A DNA stretch of 32,000 bases from Pseudomonas aeruginosa (GTDB lineage: Bacteria > Pseudomonadota > Gammaproteobacteria > Pseudomonadales > Pseudomonadaceae), in the NCBI RefSeq assembly GCF_001457615.1, contig NZ_LN831024.1:1650001-1682000 (forward strand), read 5' to 3'. A program made the position numbers and the translations under genes. This document shows positions 18,061-28,141 of the stretch, piece by piece; the first letter of the stretch is position 1; the number at the start of each line of letters is the position of its first letter. The notes under the pieces are model-generated. The model was not told the DNA's origin. It made no database searches and saw only the letters and a list, made by a program, of their open reading frames with translations.

Positions 18061-20736
18061 ATGAAACATCGTGGATGGAGTGCCGTGCGAGGCGGTCGCA
18101 AGGGGGCGCAACTGGCCCTGGGGCTGGGCCTGGTCCTGCTGGGAACGGCCGCGCTACCGCTGCATGCGCAAGACGGGGCGGACTCGGCGAGCCAGCAGCA
18201 GACCGCGTTGCGCCGGGTCCGGCTGGACATCCCGGCACAACCGCTGAACCGCGCCCTGCTGCGATTCGCCGAGCAGGCCGGGGTCCAGGTGTTCTTCGAC
18301 AGCCAGCGTTTCGCCGGTCTCGGCAGCGCGGCGGTGCACGGCGAATACGTGCTGGCCGACGGCCTGAGCCAGATGCTCCAGGGCAGCCCGGTGGAATACC
18401 GCTTCTCCGGCAAGGACCAATTGAGCCTGATCCGCGTCAGCCAGGACGACCTGGTGCAGATGTCGCCCTCGGTGATCTCCGCCGCGCGTCCGGACGACTG
18501 GGTCTACCAGACGCCGCATTCGGTCAGCGTGATCGGCCGCGAGCAGATCGAGCGCAACCCGCCGCGGCATGCCGCCGACATGCTCGAGGAAACCCCCGGG
18601 GTGTACTCCTCGGTGAGCCAGCAGGACCCCGGCCTGTCGGTGAACATCCGTGGCATCCAGGACTACGGGCGGGTCAACATGTCGGTCGACGGCATGCGCC
18701 AGAACTACCAGCAGAGCGGCCACCAGCAGCGCAACGGGACGCTCTACGTCGATCCCGAGCTGCTCAGCGAGGTGGTCATCGACAAGGGCGCCAGCTCGGC
18801 CATGGGCGGCGCCGGGGTGATCGGCGGGATCGCCAACTTCCGCACCCTGGAGGCCCGCGACCTGGTCAGGCCGGGCAAGCAGGTCGGTGGCCGGGTGCGC
18901 CTCACCAGCGGCCTGGGCGGCGACGCCAATGGCACCCACTTCATCGGCAGCGCGGCCTTCGCCATCGGCACCGAGGTCTGGGACATGCTGGTCGCCGCCA
19001 GCGAGCGCCACCTGGGCGACTACGACCCGGGGACCAAGGGCAGCATTGGCGAGCTGCGCACCGGCGCCTGGTTCAATCCCGAGGCCGGGCAGCGGGTCAA
19101 GCATTCGCCGGTGGCCTACTCCGGCTACGTGATGCGCTCGCGACTGGCCAAGCTGGGCGTCGCCCTGCCGCAGGACCAGCGCCTGCAGTTCAGCTACCTG
19201 ACCACCCAGGTGTCCTACGACGACGCCAACATGCTCAACACCGAGAACCAGGCGCTCTGGGAAAAGCTCGGCAGCAGCGACGTGCGTGCGCAGAACTTCG
19301 CCATCGACTACGGCTACGCGCCGGACAACCCGTTGGTGGACTTCAAGGCCAAGCTCTACTACGTCGACAACCGCAACCGCCAGCAGACCCTGCAACGCGG
19401 TATCACCCCCGGCTACTCGATCACCTACCAGACCGACACCTACGGCGCGCAGGCGCAGAACACCTCGACCTTCGCTCTCGACGATCTCTCCACGCTGCGC
19501 GCCAACTATGGCCTGGAGTTCTTCTACGACAAGGTGCGGCCGGACTCCAGCCAGCCGCGGGCGAGCACCTCGGCGGTCGGCTTCCCTGCGGCCGAAGGCA
19601 TGACCCCCAAGGGCGACCGCGCCCTCGGTAGCCTGTTCGCCCGTCTCGACTACGACTACGACGACTGGCTCAACCTCAACGCCGGGCTGCGTTACGACCG
19701 CTACCGCCTGCGCGGCGACACCGGCTTCAACGCGCGCACCTTCATCCTTGGCACCACCCGGCAGACCGACATGCCGCTGCAATACGCCGTCGACCGCGAG
19801 GAGGGGCGCTTCTCGCCGACCTTCGGCCTGTCGGTCAAGCCCGGCGTCGACTGGTTGCAGTTGTTCGCCACCTACGGCAAGGGCTGGCGCCCGCCGGCGG
19901 TGACCGAGAGCCTGATCACCGGCCGCCCCCACGGCGGCGGCGCGGAAAACATGTACCCCAACCCGTTCCTCAGTCCGGAGCGCTCGAAGGCCTGGGAAGT
20001 CGGTTTCAACGTGCTGAAGGAGAACCTCTGGTTCAGCGACGACCGCCTGGGCCTGAAGGTCGCCTACTTCGACACCCGGGTCGACGACTTCATCTTCATG
20101 GGCATGGGCATGCAGCCGCCGGGCTACGGCATGGCCGGGATCGGCAACAGCGCCTACGTCAACAACCTCGACAGCACGCGCTTCCGTGGCGTCGAGTACC
20201 AGCTCGACTACGATGCCGGGCTGGCCTACGGGCAGCTCTCCTACACGCACATGATCGGCAGCAACGACTTCTGTTCGAAGACCGCCTGGCTCGGTGGCGT
20301 CACCCAGACGGTGAAGGGCAGCGGTCGCCGCCCGCCGGTGATCGACATGCGGCCGGACGAGCAGGCCAACGCCGCCACCCATTGCAGCGCGGTGCTCGGC
20401 TCCGCCGAACACATGCCGATGGACCGCGGCTCGCTGACCCTGGGCATGCGCTTCTTCGACCGCAGGCTGGACGTCGGCGCCCGTGCCCGCTACAGCGAAG
20501 GCTACTCGGTGGCTGGCGGCGCCACGGTGTCGCAGGCCGGCGTGTACCCGGCGGACTGGAAGGAATACACCGTCTACGACCTGTACGGCAGCTACCGGGT
20601 GAGCGATGAACTGACCCTGCGCCTGGCCATGGAGAACGTCACCGACCGCGCCTACCTGGTGCCGCTGGGCGACGTGCTGGCCTTCACCCTCGGTCGCGGG
20701 CGGACCCTGCAAGGCACCCTCGAATACCAGTTCTGA
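18061..20736 (+). CDS. hasR: TonB-dependent hemophore/heme receptor HasR
   Basis: 891 aa with signal peptide, N-terminal STN signalling domain (LDIPAQPLNRALLRFAEQAGVQVFFDSQRFAG...YRFSGKDQLSLI), plug domain (NPPRHAADMLEETPGVYSSVSQQDPGLSVNIRGIQDYGRVNMSVDGMRQNY) and terminal beta-barrel strand RTLQGTLEYQF. The hemophore gene is downstream. Confidence 0.95.
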   Translation: MKHRGWSAVRGGRKGAQLALGLGLVLLGTAALPLHAQDGADSASQQQTALRRVRLDIPAQPLNRALLRFAEQAGVQVFFDSQRFAGLGSAAVHGEYVLADGLSQMLQGSPVEYRFSGKDQLSLIRVSQDDLVQMSPSVISAARPDDWVYQTPHSVSVIGREQIERNPPRHAADMLEETPGVYSSVSQQDPGLSVNIRGIQDYGRVNMSVDGMRQNYQQSGHQQRNGTLYVDPELLSEVVIDKGASSAMGGAGVIGGIANFRTLEARDLVRPGKQVGGRVRLTSGLGGDANGTHFIGSAAFAIGTEVWDMLVAASERHLGDYDPGTKGSIGELRTGAWFNPEAGQRVKHSPVAYSGYVMRSRLAKLGVALPQDQRLQFSYLTTQVSYDDANMLNTENQALWEKLGSSDVRAQNFAIDYGYAPDNPLVDFKAKLYYVDNRNRQQTLQRGITPGYSITYQTDTYGAQAQNTSTFALDDLSTLRANYGLEFFYDKVRPDSSQPRASTSAVGFPAAEGMTPKGDRALGSLFARLDYDYDDWLNLNAGLRYDRYRLRGDTGFNARTFILGTTRQTDMPLQYAVDREEGRFSPTFGLSVKPGVDWLQLFATYGKGWRPPAVTESLITGRPHGGGAENMYPNPFLSPERSKAWEVGFNVLKENLWFSDDRLGLKVAYFDTRVDDFIFMGMGMQPPGYGMAGIGNSAYVNNLDSTRFRGVEYQLDYDAGLAYGQLSYTHMIGSNDFCSKTAWLGGVTQTVKGSGRRPPVIDMRPDEQANAATHCSAVLGSAEHMPMDRGSLTLGMRFFDRRLDVGARARYSEGYSVAGGATVSQAGVYPADWKEYTVYDLYGSYRVSDELTLRLAMENVTDRAYLVPLGDVLAFTLGRGRTLQGTLEYQF

Positions 20737-20741
20737 CCCCC

Positions 20742-20790
20742 GTTTTGCCCAGTGAAGGGCAAAACCGGAGCGGGCATCCGTGCGCTCCGG
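20742..20790. other. Tandem intercistronic hairpins between hasR and hasAp
   Basis: Hairpin 1: gttttgccc-agtgaa-gggcaaaac (20742-20765). Hairpin 2: ccggagcg-ggcatccgtg-cgctccgg (20765-20790). Confidence 0.7.
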
Positions 20791-20821
20791 CATTCACCAC
20801 TCGTTGAATTGGAGTTTTGGC

Positions 20822-21439
20822 ATGAGCATTTCGATTTCCTACAGCACCACCTACAGCGGCTGGACCGTAGCGGATTACCTGGCGGACTGGTCGGCCTACT
20901 TCGGCGACGTCAACCATCGTCCGGGCCAGGTGGTGGACGGCAGCAATACCGGCGGCTTCAACCCCGGTCCGTTCGACGGCAGCCAGTACGCGCTGAAGAG
21001 CACCGCCAGCGACGCGGCCTTCATCGCCGGCGGCGACCTCCACTACACCCTGTTCAGCAACCCCAGCCACACCCTGTGGGGCAAGCTGGACAGCATCGCC
21101 CTCGGCGACACCCTGACCGGCGGCGCCTCCAGCGGTGGCTACGCCCTGGACAGCCAGGAGGTGAGCTTCAGCAACCTGGGCCTGGATTCGCCGATCGCCC
21201 AGGGCCGCGACGGCACCGTGCACAAGGTGGTCTACGGCCTGATGAGCGGCGACAGCAGCGCCCTGCAGGGGCAGATCGACGCGTTGCTGAAAGCGGTCGA
21301 CCCGAGCCTGTCGATCAACTCCACCTTCGACCAGTTGGCCGCGGCCGGCGTCGCCCATGCCACCCCGGCTGCGGCAGCGGCGGAAATCGGCGTGGTCGGC
21401 GTGCAGGAACTGCCGCACGACCTGGCCCTGGCGGCCTGA
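20822..21439 (+). CDS. hasAp: Hemophore HasAp, secreted heme-binding protein
   Basis: 205 aa MSISISYSTTYSGWTVADYLADWSAYFGDVNHRPGQVVDGSNTGGFNPGPFDGSQYALKS...VVGVQELPHDLALAA, recognisable as HasAp, with a C-terminal type I secretion signal. Confidence 0.97.
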   Translation: MSISISYSTTYSGWTVADYLADWSAYFGDVNHRPGQVVDGSNTGGFNPGPFDGSQYALKSTASDAAFIAGGDLHYTLFSNPSHTLWGKLDSIALGDTLTGGASSGGYALDSQEVSFSNLGLDSPIAQGRDGTVHKVVYGLMSGDSSALQGQIDALLKAVDPSLSINSTFDQLAAAGVAHATPAAAAAEIGVVGVQELPHDLALAA

Positions 21440-21445
21440 GCAACT

Positions 21446-21511
21446 GTCCACGATAGCGTTCGTGGACTGCTTGCGCTAAAGGCCGGAGAGGAGTTGGCGC
21501 TCCTCTCCGGC
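21446..21511. other. Intercistronic hairpins between hasAp and hasD
   Basis: gtccacga-tagcgt-tcgtggac (21446-21467) and the 12-bp perfect stem gccggagaggag-ttggcg-ctcctctccggc (21482-21511). Confidence 0.75.
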
Positions 21512-21655
21512 GCACGAACCGCCGTCGCTGCGCCTCGCACCCGTGGCGACGGCGGCCCCGGATTGTTCCTCCGCCGGCCGTGCCCGGCAAGTGGAGACTG
21601 CCGCAATGTCCTCCGGGCCCGCTCGCGGCCCGGACACCCACAGGACCCGACTCCG

Positions 21656-23446
21656 ATGAAGCTCCGGCCGGCCTCGCCGCGCAATGAAATCCTCGCCACC
21701 CTCGGCCGCTTCCGCCCGGCGCTGCGCAGCGTCGCGCTGTTCACCGCGGTGATCAACCTGCTGATGCTGGCGCCGTCGCTGTACATGCTGCAGGTCTACG
21801 ACCGGGTGCTCGGCTCCGGCAACCACATGACCCTGCTGATGCTGACCCTCATGGTGCTCGGCCTCTACCTGCTGCTCGGCGCCCTGGAGTGGGTGCGCAG
21901 CCTGGTGGTGATCCGCCTCGGCGGCCAGCTCGACATGCAACTCAACCAGCGCATCTACGACGCCTCGTTCCGCGCCAGCCTGGAGCGCGGCGAGCAGGCC
22001 GTCGGGCAGGCGCTGAACGACCTGACCAGCCTGCGCCAGTTCCTCACCGGCAACGCCCTGTTCGCCTTCTTCGACGCGCCCTGGTTCCCGCTCTACCTGC
22101 TGGTGATCTTCCTCTTCAGTCCCTGGCTCGGCCTGCTCGCCCTGGTTGGGGCGCTGCTGCTGGTGCTGCTTGCCTGGGTCAACGAAAGCCGCTCGCGCGA
22201 ACCGCTGGCCGAGGCCGGGCAACTGTCGATCCTCGCCACCCAGCAGGCCTCGGCCAACCTGCGCCAGGCGGAAACCCTGGCGGCAATGGGCATGTTGCCG
22301 GCCATGCGCGCGCGCTGGTTCGCCCAGCACCAGGCCTTCCTTGCCCGGCAGAACCTCGGCAGCGAGCGCAGCGCGGCGATCGGCGCGACCTCCAAGGGCG
22401 TGCGCCTGGCCCTGCAGTCGCTGGTGCTCGGCCTCGGCGCCTGGCTGGCGGTGGAAGGCCTGATCACCCCGGGGATGATGATCGCCGGCTCGATCCTGAT
22501 GGGCCGCGTGCTCAGCCCCATCGACCAGTTGATCGCGGTCTGGCGCCAGTGGAGCGGCGCGCGGCAGGCCTACCAGCGACTGGCGCGGCTGCTCGAGGAG
22601 AATCCGCCGGCCGCCCTGGGCATGCCGCTACCGGCGCCGCGCGGCGCGTTGCGCGTCGAGCGGCTCTGCGCGGCCGCGCCGGGACGCGAGCAGGCATTGT
22701 TGCAGGACCTCGGTTTCGCCCTGGAACCTGGCGAAGCGCTCGGCGTGATCGGGCCGTCCGGTTCCGGCAAGTCGACCCTGGCGCGCTTGCTGGTGGGCGC
22801 CTGGCAGCCGCTGTCCGGCGCGGTGCGCCTGGACGGCGCCGACCTGCGGCAGTGGAGCGCGGCGGCACTGGGGCCGCACATCGGCTACCTGGCCCAGGAC
22901 GTGCAACTGTTCGCCGGCAGCATCGCCGAGAACATCGCGCGCTTCGCCGAGGTGGATGCCGAGAAGGTGGTGGCGGCGGCGCGCCTGGCCGGCGTGCACG
23001 ACCTGGTGCTGCGCCTGCCGCAGGGCTACGACACGCGCCTTGGCGACGGCGGCGCCGGACTCTCCGGCGGCCAGCGCCAGCGCATCGGCCTGGCCCGCGC
23101 GCTGTACGGGCGACCGGCGCTGATCGTGCTCGACGAACCCAATGCCAGCCTCGACGAGGCGGGTGAGGCGGCCCTGGCCGAGGCCATCGCGGCGATGCGC
23201 CGGCACGGCAGCAGCCTGGTGCTGGTCACCCACAAGCCGGCGGTGCTGGCGCTGACCGACAAGCTGTTGTTGCTGCATGGCGGGCGCCTGCAGCGTTTCG
23301 GCGCGACCGCCGAGGTGCTTGCCAGCGCCTCGCCGCCGGCCGCTGCGGCCCCGGCGCCGACACGGCCGACGCCGGCGTTCGGTTTCGGCTACCGGCCGGG
23401 ACCGGGGATGCCGGTCGGCGGTGTGCCGGGAGGAGCGGCGCGATGA
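21656..23446 (+). CDS. hasD: Type I secretion ABC transporter/permease HasD
   Basis: ABC transporter TM region plus Walker A ([17 protein letters not shown]), signature ([20 protein letters not shown]) and Walker B ([12 protein letters not shown]). Located between hemophore and membrane fusion protein genes. Confidence 0.95.
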   Translation: MKLRPASPRNEILATLGRFRPALRSVALFTAVINLLMLAPSLYMLQVYDRVLGSGNHMTLLMLTLMVLGLYLLLGALEWVRSLVVIRLGGQLDMQLNQRIYDASFRASLERGEQAVGQALNDLTSLRQFLTGNALFAFFDAPWFPLYLLVIFLFSPWLGLLALVGALLLVLLAWVNESRSREPLAEAGQLSILATQQASANLRQAETLAAMGMLPAMRARWFAQHQAFLARQNLGSERSAAIGATSKGVRLALQSLVLGLGAWLAVEGLITPGMMIAGSILMGRVLSPIDQLIAVWRQWSGARQAYQRLARLLEENPPAALGMPLPAPRGALRVERLCAAAPGREQALLQDLGFALEPGEALGVIGPSGSGKSTLARLLVGAWQPLSGAVRLDGADLRQWSAAALGPHIGYLAQDVQLFAGSIAENIARFAEVDAEKVVAAARLAGVHDLVLRLPQGYDTRLGDGGAGLSGGQRQRIGLARALYGRPALIVLDEPNASLDEAGEAALAEAIAAMRRHGSSLVLVTHKPAVLALTDKLLLLHGGRLQRFGATAEVLASASPPAAAAPAPTRPTPAFGFGYRPGPGMPVGGVPGGAAR

Positions 23447-24774
23447 GCGGGCAGGCGCGGTTGCGCGAAGTCGGCGCCGGCGGCGCGGCGCTGGAACTGG
23501 ACGAGAAGCGTTTTTCCCGGCTCGGCTGGGGGCTGGTGCTGCTCGGCTTCGTCGGCTTTCTCCTGTGGGCCGGGTTGGCCCCGCTGGACAAGGGTGTCGG
23601 GGTCTCCGGCACGGTGATGGTGGCCGGTAGCCGCAAGGCCGTGCAGCACCCTACCGGTGGCCTGGTCAGGCACATCCGCGTGCACGAAGGCGAGCGGGTG
23701 GAGGCAGGACAGGTGTTGCTGGAGATGGACGCTACCCAGGCCCGGGCCCAGGCCGATGGCCTGTTCGCCCAGTACCTGGCGGCGCTGGCGAGTCTGGCGC
23801 GGCTGAGCGCCGAGCGCGATGAAAAGGCGCGGATCGAGTTTCCCGCCGAGCTGCTGGCGCTGGACGACCCGCGCCTGCCGACCCTGCTGGAACAGCAGCG
23901 GCAGTTGCACGACAGCCGTCGGCGGGCGCTGCGCCTGGAACTCGATGGTCTCGCCGAGACGGTCGCCGGCAGCCAGGCGCAACTGGACGGCCTGCAAGCC
24001 GCGCTGCGCAGCAAGGAGCAGCAGCGCGCCGCCCTCGAGGAACAGTTGCGCGGCCTGCGCCAACTGGCCAGCGAGGGCTACGTGCCGCGCAACCGCCTGC
24101 TCGACAGCGAGCGCCTGCTGGCCCAGGTCAACGGCGAGATCGCCGGCGACCTCGGCAGCCTCGGCAGTACCCGCCGGCAGATCCTCGAACTGCGCCTGCG
24201 CATGGCCCAGCGGCGGGAGAAGTTCCAGGAAGAGGTGCGCGCCAGCCTGGCCGACGCCCAGGTGCGCGCCGAGGAGTTGCGCAATCGCCTGGCCAGCGCG
24301 CGCTTCGACCTGGCCAACAGCGAGGTACGGGCGCCGGTCGCCGGCCAGGTGGTCGGCCAGGAAGTGTTCACCGAGGGCGGCGTGATCGCGCCCGGCCAGC
24401 AACTGATGGAAATCCTCCCGGAGCGCCAGCCGCTGCTGGTGGACGCTCGGCTGCCGGTGGAGATGGTCGACAAGGTCCGCGTCGGCCTGCCGGTGGAGCT
24501 GATGTTCAGCGCCTTCAACCAGAGCACTACGCCGCGGGTGGAGGGCGAAGTGACCCTGGTCTCGGCCGACCGCCTGCTGGACGAGCGCAGCGAGGCGCCG
24601 TACTACCGGGTGCGCATCCGCGTAGGCGAGGAGGGCGTACGTCGCCTGGCCGGCCTGGAGATCCGCCCGGGGATGCCGGTGGAGGCCTTCGTTCGCAGCG
24701 GCGAGCGCTCGCTGTTGAACTACCTGTTCAAGCCGCTGGCCGACCGTACCCACCTGGCGCTGGGGGAAGAATGA
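23443..24774 (+). CDS. hasE: Type I secretion membrane fusion protein HasE (HlyD family)
   Basis: [48 protein letters not shown]..., typical of PrtE/HasE. ATGA overlap with hasD. Confidence 0.95.
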   Translation: MSGQARLREVGAGGAALELDEKRFSRLGWGLVLLGFVGFLLWAGLAPLDKGVGVSGTVMVAGSRKAVQHPTGGLVRHIRVHEGERVEAGQVLLEMDATQARAQADGLFAQYLAALASLARLSAERDEKARIEFPAELLALDDPRLPTLLEQQRQLHDSRRRALRLELDGLAETVAGSQAQLDGLQAALRSKEQQRAALEEQLRGLRQLASEGYVPRNRLLDSERLLAQVNGEIAGDLGSLGSTRRQILELRLRMAQRREKFQEEVRASLADAQVRAEELRNRLASARFDLANSEVRAPVAGQVVGQEVFTEGGVIAPGQQLMEILPERQPLLVDARLPVEMVDKVRVGLPVELMFSAFNQSTTPRVEGEVTLVSADRLLDERSEAPYYRVRIRVGEEGVRRLAGLEIRPGMPVEAFVRSGERSLLNYLFKPLADRTHLALGEE

Positions 24775-26126
24775 ATCGCCTGCGAGCCTGCCTGCTGTCC
24801 TCCGCGCTGCTTTCGGCCTCTTCGGCCCAGGCGCTGGGCCTGCTGGACGCCTACCAACTGGCGGTGCGCCACGACCCGACCTTCCAGGCGGCGCTCCACG
24901 AGCGCCGCGCCGGCAGCGAAAACCGCGCCATCGGCCGTGCCGGCCTGCTGCCGAGCCTGCGCTACGACTACAACAAGGCGCGCAACGACTCCACCGTCAG
25001 CCAGGGCGACGCCCGCGTCGAGCGCGACTATCGCAGCTACGCCTCGACCCTCAGCCTGGAGCAGCCGCTGTTCGACTACGAGGCCTACGCGCGCTACCGC
25101 CAGGGCGAGGCCCAGGCGCTGTTCGCCGACGAACAGTTCCGCGGGCGCAGCCAGGAACTGGCGGTGCGCCTGTTCGCCGCCTACAGCGAAACCCTGTTCG
25201 CCCGCGAGCAGGTGGTCCTGGCCGAAGCCCAGCGGCGCGCCCTGGAAACCCAGCTGGCGTTCAACCAGCGTGCCTTCGAGGAAGGCGAGGGCACCCGCAC
25301 CGACCTGCTGGAGACCCGCGCCCGGCTGAGCCTGACCCGCGCCGAGGAGATCGCCGCCAGCGATCGCGCGGCGGCGGCGCGGCGTACGCTGGAGGCGATG
25401 CTCGGGCAGGCACTGGAGGATCGCGAACTGGCCGCGCCCATCGAGCGCTTCCCGGCGCTGCGCCTGCAACCGGCGACCTTCGAAGGCTGGCGCCAGGTGG
25501 CCCTGCAACGCAGCGCCGAGCTGGGCGCCCAGCGCCATGCGCTGGAGGCGGCAGCCTACGAGGTGGAGCGCAATCGTGCCGGCCACTTGCCCAGGCTCAG
25601 CCTCTACGCCAGCAGCAGCAAGACGCACTCGGCTTCGGAAAGCACCTACGAGCAGAAATACGACACCGACAGTGTCGGCCTGCGTCTCAGCCTGCCGCTG
25701 TTCGAGGGCGGGCGGGTGTCGGCAGCGACCCGCCAGGCCGGCGACAAGTACGCCCAGGCCCAGGCCGAGCTGGATGCCCAGGTGGCCAGTGTGATCAATG
25801 ACCTGCACAGCCAGTTCGACCTGACCGCCAGCAGCCTGGCCAAGGTGCGTGCCTACGAGATGGCGGTGGCGGCGGCGCGCGAACAGGTGACAGCGACGCG
25901 GCGCAGCGTCGCCGGCGGGGAGCGGGTCAATCGCGACGTGCTGGACGCCGAACAGCAGTTCTACGGCGCCCGCCGCGACCTGGCGGAAGCGCGCTACGCC
26001 TACCTCAACGCCTGGCTGCGCCTGCGCCAGCTGGCGGGGGTGCTGGAAGACCGCGACCTGGCGGTGCTGGCTGCCTATTTCGGCGCCGGCGAAGGACGCG
26101 CGCAGGTCACCGCTGCCATCAGATAG
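24771..26126 (+). CDS. hasF: TolC-family outer membrane channel HasF
   Basis: [48 protein letters not shown]...FNQRAFEEGEGTRTDLLETRARLSLTRAEE...VINDLHSQFDLTASSLAKVRAYE. ATGA overlap with hasE. Confidence 0.95.
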   Translation: MNRLRACLLSSALLSASSAQALGLLDAYQLAVRHDPTFQAALHERRAGSENRAIGRAGLLPSLRYDYNKARNDSTVSQGDARVERDYRSYASTLSLEQPLFDYEAYARYRQGEAQALFADEQFRGRSQELAVRLFAAYSETLFAREQVVLAEAQRRALETQLAFNQRAFEEGEGTRTDLLETRARLSLTRAEEIAASDRAAAARRTLEAMLGQALEDRELAAPIERFPALRLQPATFEGWRQVALQRSAELGAQRHALEAAAYEVERNRAGHLPRLSLYASSSKTHSASESTYEQKYDTDSVGLRLSLPLFEGGRVSAATRQAGDKYAQAQAELDAQVASVINDLHSQFDLTASSLAKVRAYEMAVAAAREQVTATRRSVAGGERVNRDVLDAEQQFYGARRDLAEARYAYLNAWLRLRQLAGVLEDRDLAVLAAYFGAGEGRAQVTAAIR

Positions 26127-26406
26127 CTATCGGCCAGCGTGCCTTGCCTTGGGTCATCGCCTGCAACAGTTGCGGCGCGCTGGTGCCGTTTTCGATGGCG
26201 ATGCCGAAGCGGATGCTCTCGATCATCCGCTGCAACTGTTCCAGGTCATGCAGTTGCGCCGGTCGGATCAGGCGCTTGGCGGCGACCCCGCGTTCGTTGG
26301 AGAGGGTGAGGACGATGCTGCCGTCCGGCCGCTCCAGGCTGAGGTTGACCCGGTACTCGGCCTGGAAGGCCTCGGTGAGGAGCTGGAAAGGGCTGCTGTC
26401 GGTCAT
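26119..26406 (-). CDS. DUF3509 family protein
   Basis: 95 aa MTDSSPFQLLTEAFQAEYRVNLSLERPDGSIVLTLSNERGVAAKRLIRPAQLHDLEQLQRMIESIRFGIAIENG...; DUF3509-like. Convergent with hasF, with an 8-nt overlap. Confidence 0.75.
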   Translation of the reverse strand: MTDSSPFQLLTEAFQAEYRVNLSLERPDGSIVLTLSNERGVAAKRLIRPAQLHDLEQLQRMIESIRFGIAIENGTSAPQLLQAMTQGKARWPIAI

Positions 26407-26580
26407 GGTGGACCACCTGAATGCTGTCGTGCTGGTTGGGACTGGGTACCGCCCGGAAAGTTCTTTGTCACCGCCGGGCTGTACCCTGCGCCGACGTGCG
26501 GACGTCTATCTGCGCACGTGCCTTGGCCTGGGCCTTGCACGCTTCGGGCCAGGTGGCCGTCGTCTTTGTCGGGAGAGGCT

Positions 26581-27066
26581 ATGAAACAGAATTGGGCCGA
26601 GCGCCTGCGCGCAAGCATGCACCACCAGGCGGAGAGCCTCGGCAACCTGCTGGTGGAGGCCTTCCACTACCTGGCCCTGTTCGCCATCGGCGCCACGGTG
26701 TTCTGGGCGGCGGGCGCGGCTTTCCTGGGGATGGTGAACAAGGGGCATGCGTCGATCGACGACATCCTCCTGCTGTTCATCTACCTCGAGTTGGGCGCGA
26801 TGGTCGGTATCTACTTCAAGACCAACCACATGCCGGTGCGCTTCCTGATCTACGTGGCGATGACCGCGCTGACCCGCCTGATGATCGCCGACATCCAGCA
26901 CAACCATACGCCGGACGATGGCATCATCCTGGTCTCGGTGGCGTTGCTGCTGCTGGCGCTGGCGATCCTGGTGGTGCGCTTCGCCTCGGCGCGCTTCCCT
27001 TCGGCGAAGTCCGACGGCGCCGCCGCGCGGCGGGTGGCGAGCGAGGACGCCGAAGGGGAAGCCTGA
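26581..27066 (+). CDS. Phosphate-starvation-inducible PsiE family protein
   Basis: MKQNWAERLRASMHHQAESLGNLLVEAFHYLALFAIGATVFWAAGAAFLGMVNKGHASIDDILLLFIYLELGAMVGIYFKTNHMPVRFLIYVAMTALTRLMIAD; typical PsiE membrane protein. Confidence 0.88.
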   Translation: MKQNWAERLRASMHHQAESLGNLLVEAFHYLALFAIGATVFWAAGAAFLGMVNKGHASIDDILLLFIYLELGAMVGIYFKTNHMPVRFLIYVAMTALTRLMIADIQHNHTPDDGIILVSVALLLLALAILVVRFASARFPSAKSDGAAARRVASEDAEGEA

Positions 27067-27074
27067 TTCGTCGC

Positions 27075-27099
27075 CGCGCCGGAGCCGGTCTCCGGCGCG
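27075..27099 (+). terminator. Possible terminator hairpin downstream of psiE-like gene
   Basis: Perfect 9-bp stem cgcgccgga-gccggtc-tccggcgcg just after the stop codon; no clear T tract. Confidence 0.4.
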
Positions 27100-27166
27100 C
27101 TTCCGGCCAGCGCAACGGCCTGGCAATGTACTACCATCGCCCGGTCGTGTTCAGGAAGCCTGCCCC

Positions 27167-28138
27167 ATGAAGGGATGGAAACTCTTTACCCCGCTGCTGA
27201 TCCTCGCGATCGTCGCCATCACCCTCTACCTGCGCCTGCACAATCCGCCCCTGCTGTTGCAGGGCGAGGCGGACGCCACCAACGTCATCGTTTCCTCCAA
27301 GGCCAAGGGCCGGGTCCAGGTGCTGCACGTGCGGCGCGGCGACGAGGTGAAGCAGGGCGACCTGCTGATCAGCCTCGACAGCCCCGAGCTGGAAGCCCAG
27401 CTCGATGCCCTGCACGCGGCGCGCAACCAGGCCCAGGCGCAGCTCGATGAGTCGCTCCACGGTACTCGCGAGGAGAGCATCCGCGCGCTCAAGGCCAGCC
27501 TGGCACAGGCCGAGGCCGAGTTGCGCAACGCCGAGTCGGATTTCCAGCGCAACCAGCAGATGGTCGAGCGCGGCTTCCTCTCGCGGACCCAGTTCGACCT
27601 CTCGCGGCGTGAGCGCGATGTCGCCCGCGACCGCGTCGCCGAGGCGCGGGCCAATCTCGACGAAGGCCTCAAGGGCGACCGCGAGGAGCGCCGCCAGGCG
27701 TTGCAGGCCGCGGTGCGCCGGGCCGACGCGCAGATCGCCGAGCTACAGGCGCAGATCGACGACCTGCAGGTGCGCGCGCCGGTCAACGGCGAGGTCGGGC
27801 CGATCCCCGCCGAACAGGGCGAACTGATCAACGCCTACAGTCCGCTGCTGACGCTGGTGCGGCTGGACGACAGCTACTTCGTCTTCAACCTGCGCGAGGA
27901 CATCCTGGCCAAGGTGCGCAAGGGCGACCGCATCGTCATGCAGGTGCCCGGCCTGGGCGGCGCCGAGGTCGAGACCGAGCTGCGCTACATCGCCCCGCTG
28001 GGCGATTTCTCGACCAGGCGCGCGACCCGCGCCACCGGCGATTTCGACCTGAAGACCTTCGAGACCCGCTTCTACCCGTTGCAGCCGACACCCGGCCTGC
28101 GCCCGGGCATGAGCGCGCTGTGGCGCTGGACGAACTGA
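27167..28138 (+). CDS. HlyD-family secretion/efflux periplasmic adaptor
   Basis: MKGWKLFTPLLILAIVAITLYLRLHNPPLLLQGEADATNVIVSSKAKGRVQVLHVRRGDEVKQGDLLISLDSPELEAQL plus a coiled-coil region and a second lipoyl-like half. Confidence 0.88.
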   Translation: MKGWKLFTPLLILAIVAITLYLRLHNPPLLLQGEADATNVIVSSKAKGRVQVLHVRRGDEVKQGDLLISLDSPELEAQLDALHAARNQAQAQLDESLHGTREESIRALKASLAQAEAELRNAESDFQRNQQMVERGFLSRTQFDLSRRERDVARDRVAEARANLDEGLKGDREERRQALQAAVRRADAQIAELQAQIDDLQVRAPVNGEVGPIPAEQGELINAYSPLLTLVRLDDSYFVFNLREDILAKVRKGDRIVMQVPGLGGAEVETELRYIAPLGDFSTRRATRATGDFDLKTFETRFYPLQPTPGLRPGMSALWRWTN

Positions 28139-28141
28139 GCG

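Noticed and set aside
18042-19631. 529-aa ORF overlapping hasR in another frame, and 20752-21456 overlapping hasAp
   Set aside because: Out-of-frame shadows of well-recognised hasR and hasAp coding sequence, with R/G/P-rich composition.
20822-21439. Treating the has gene cluster as a novel system
   Set aside because: HasAp, HasR, HasI/HasS and the HasDEF type I exporter are a described heme acquisition system. Only their intergenic structures are flagged for follow-up.
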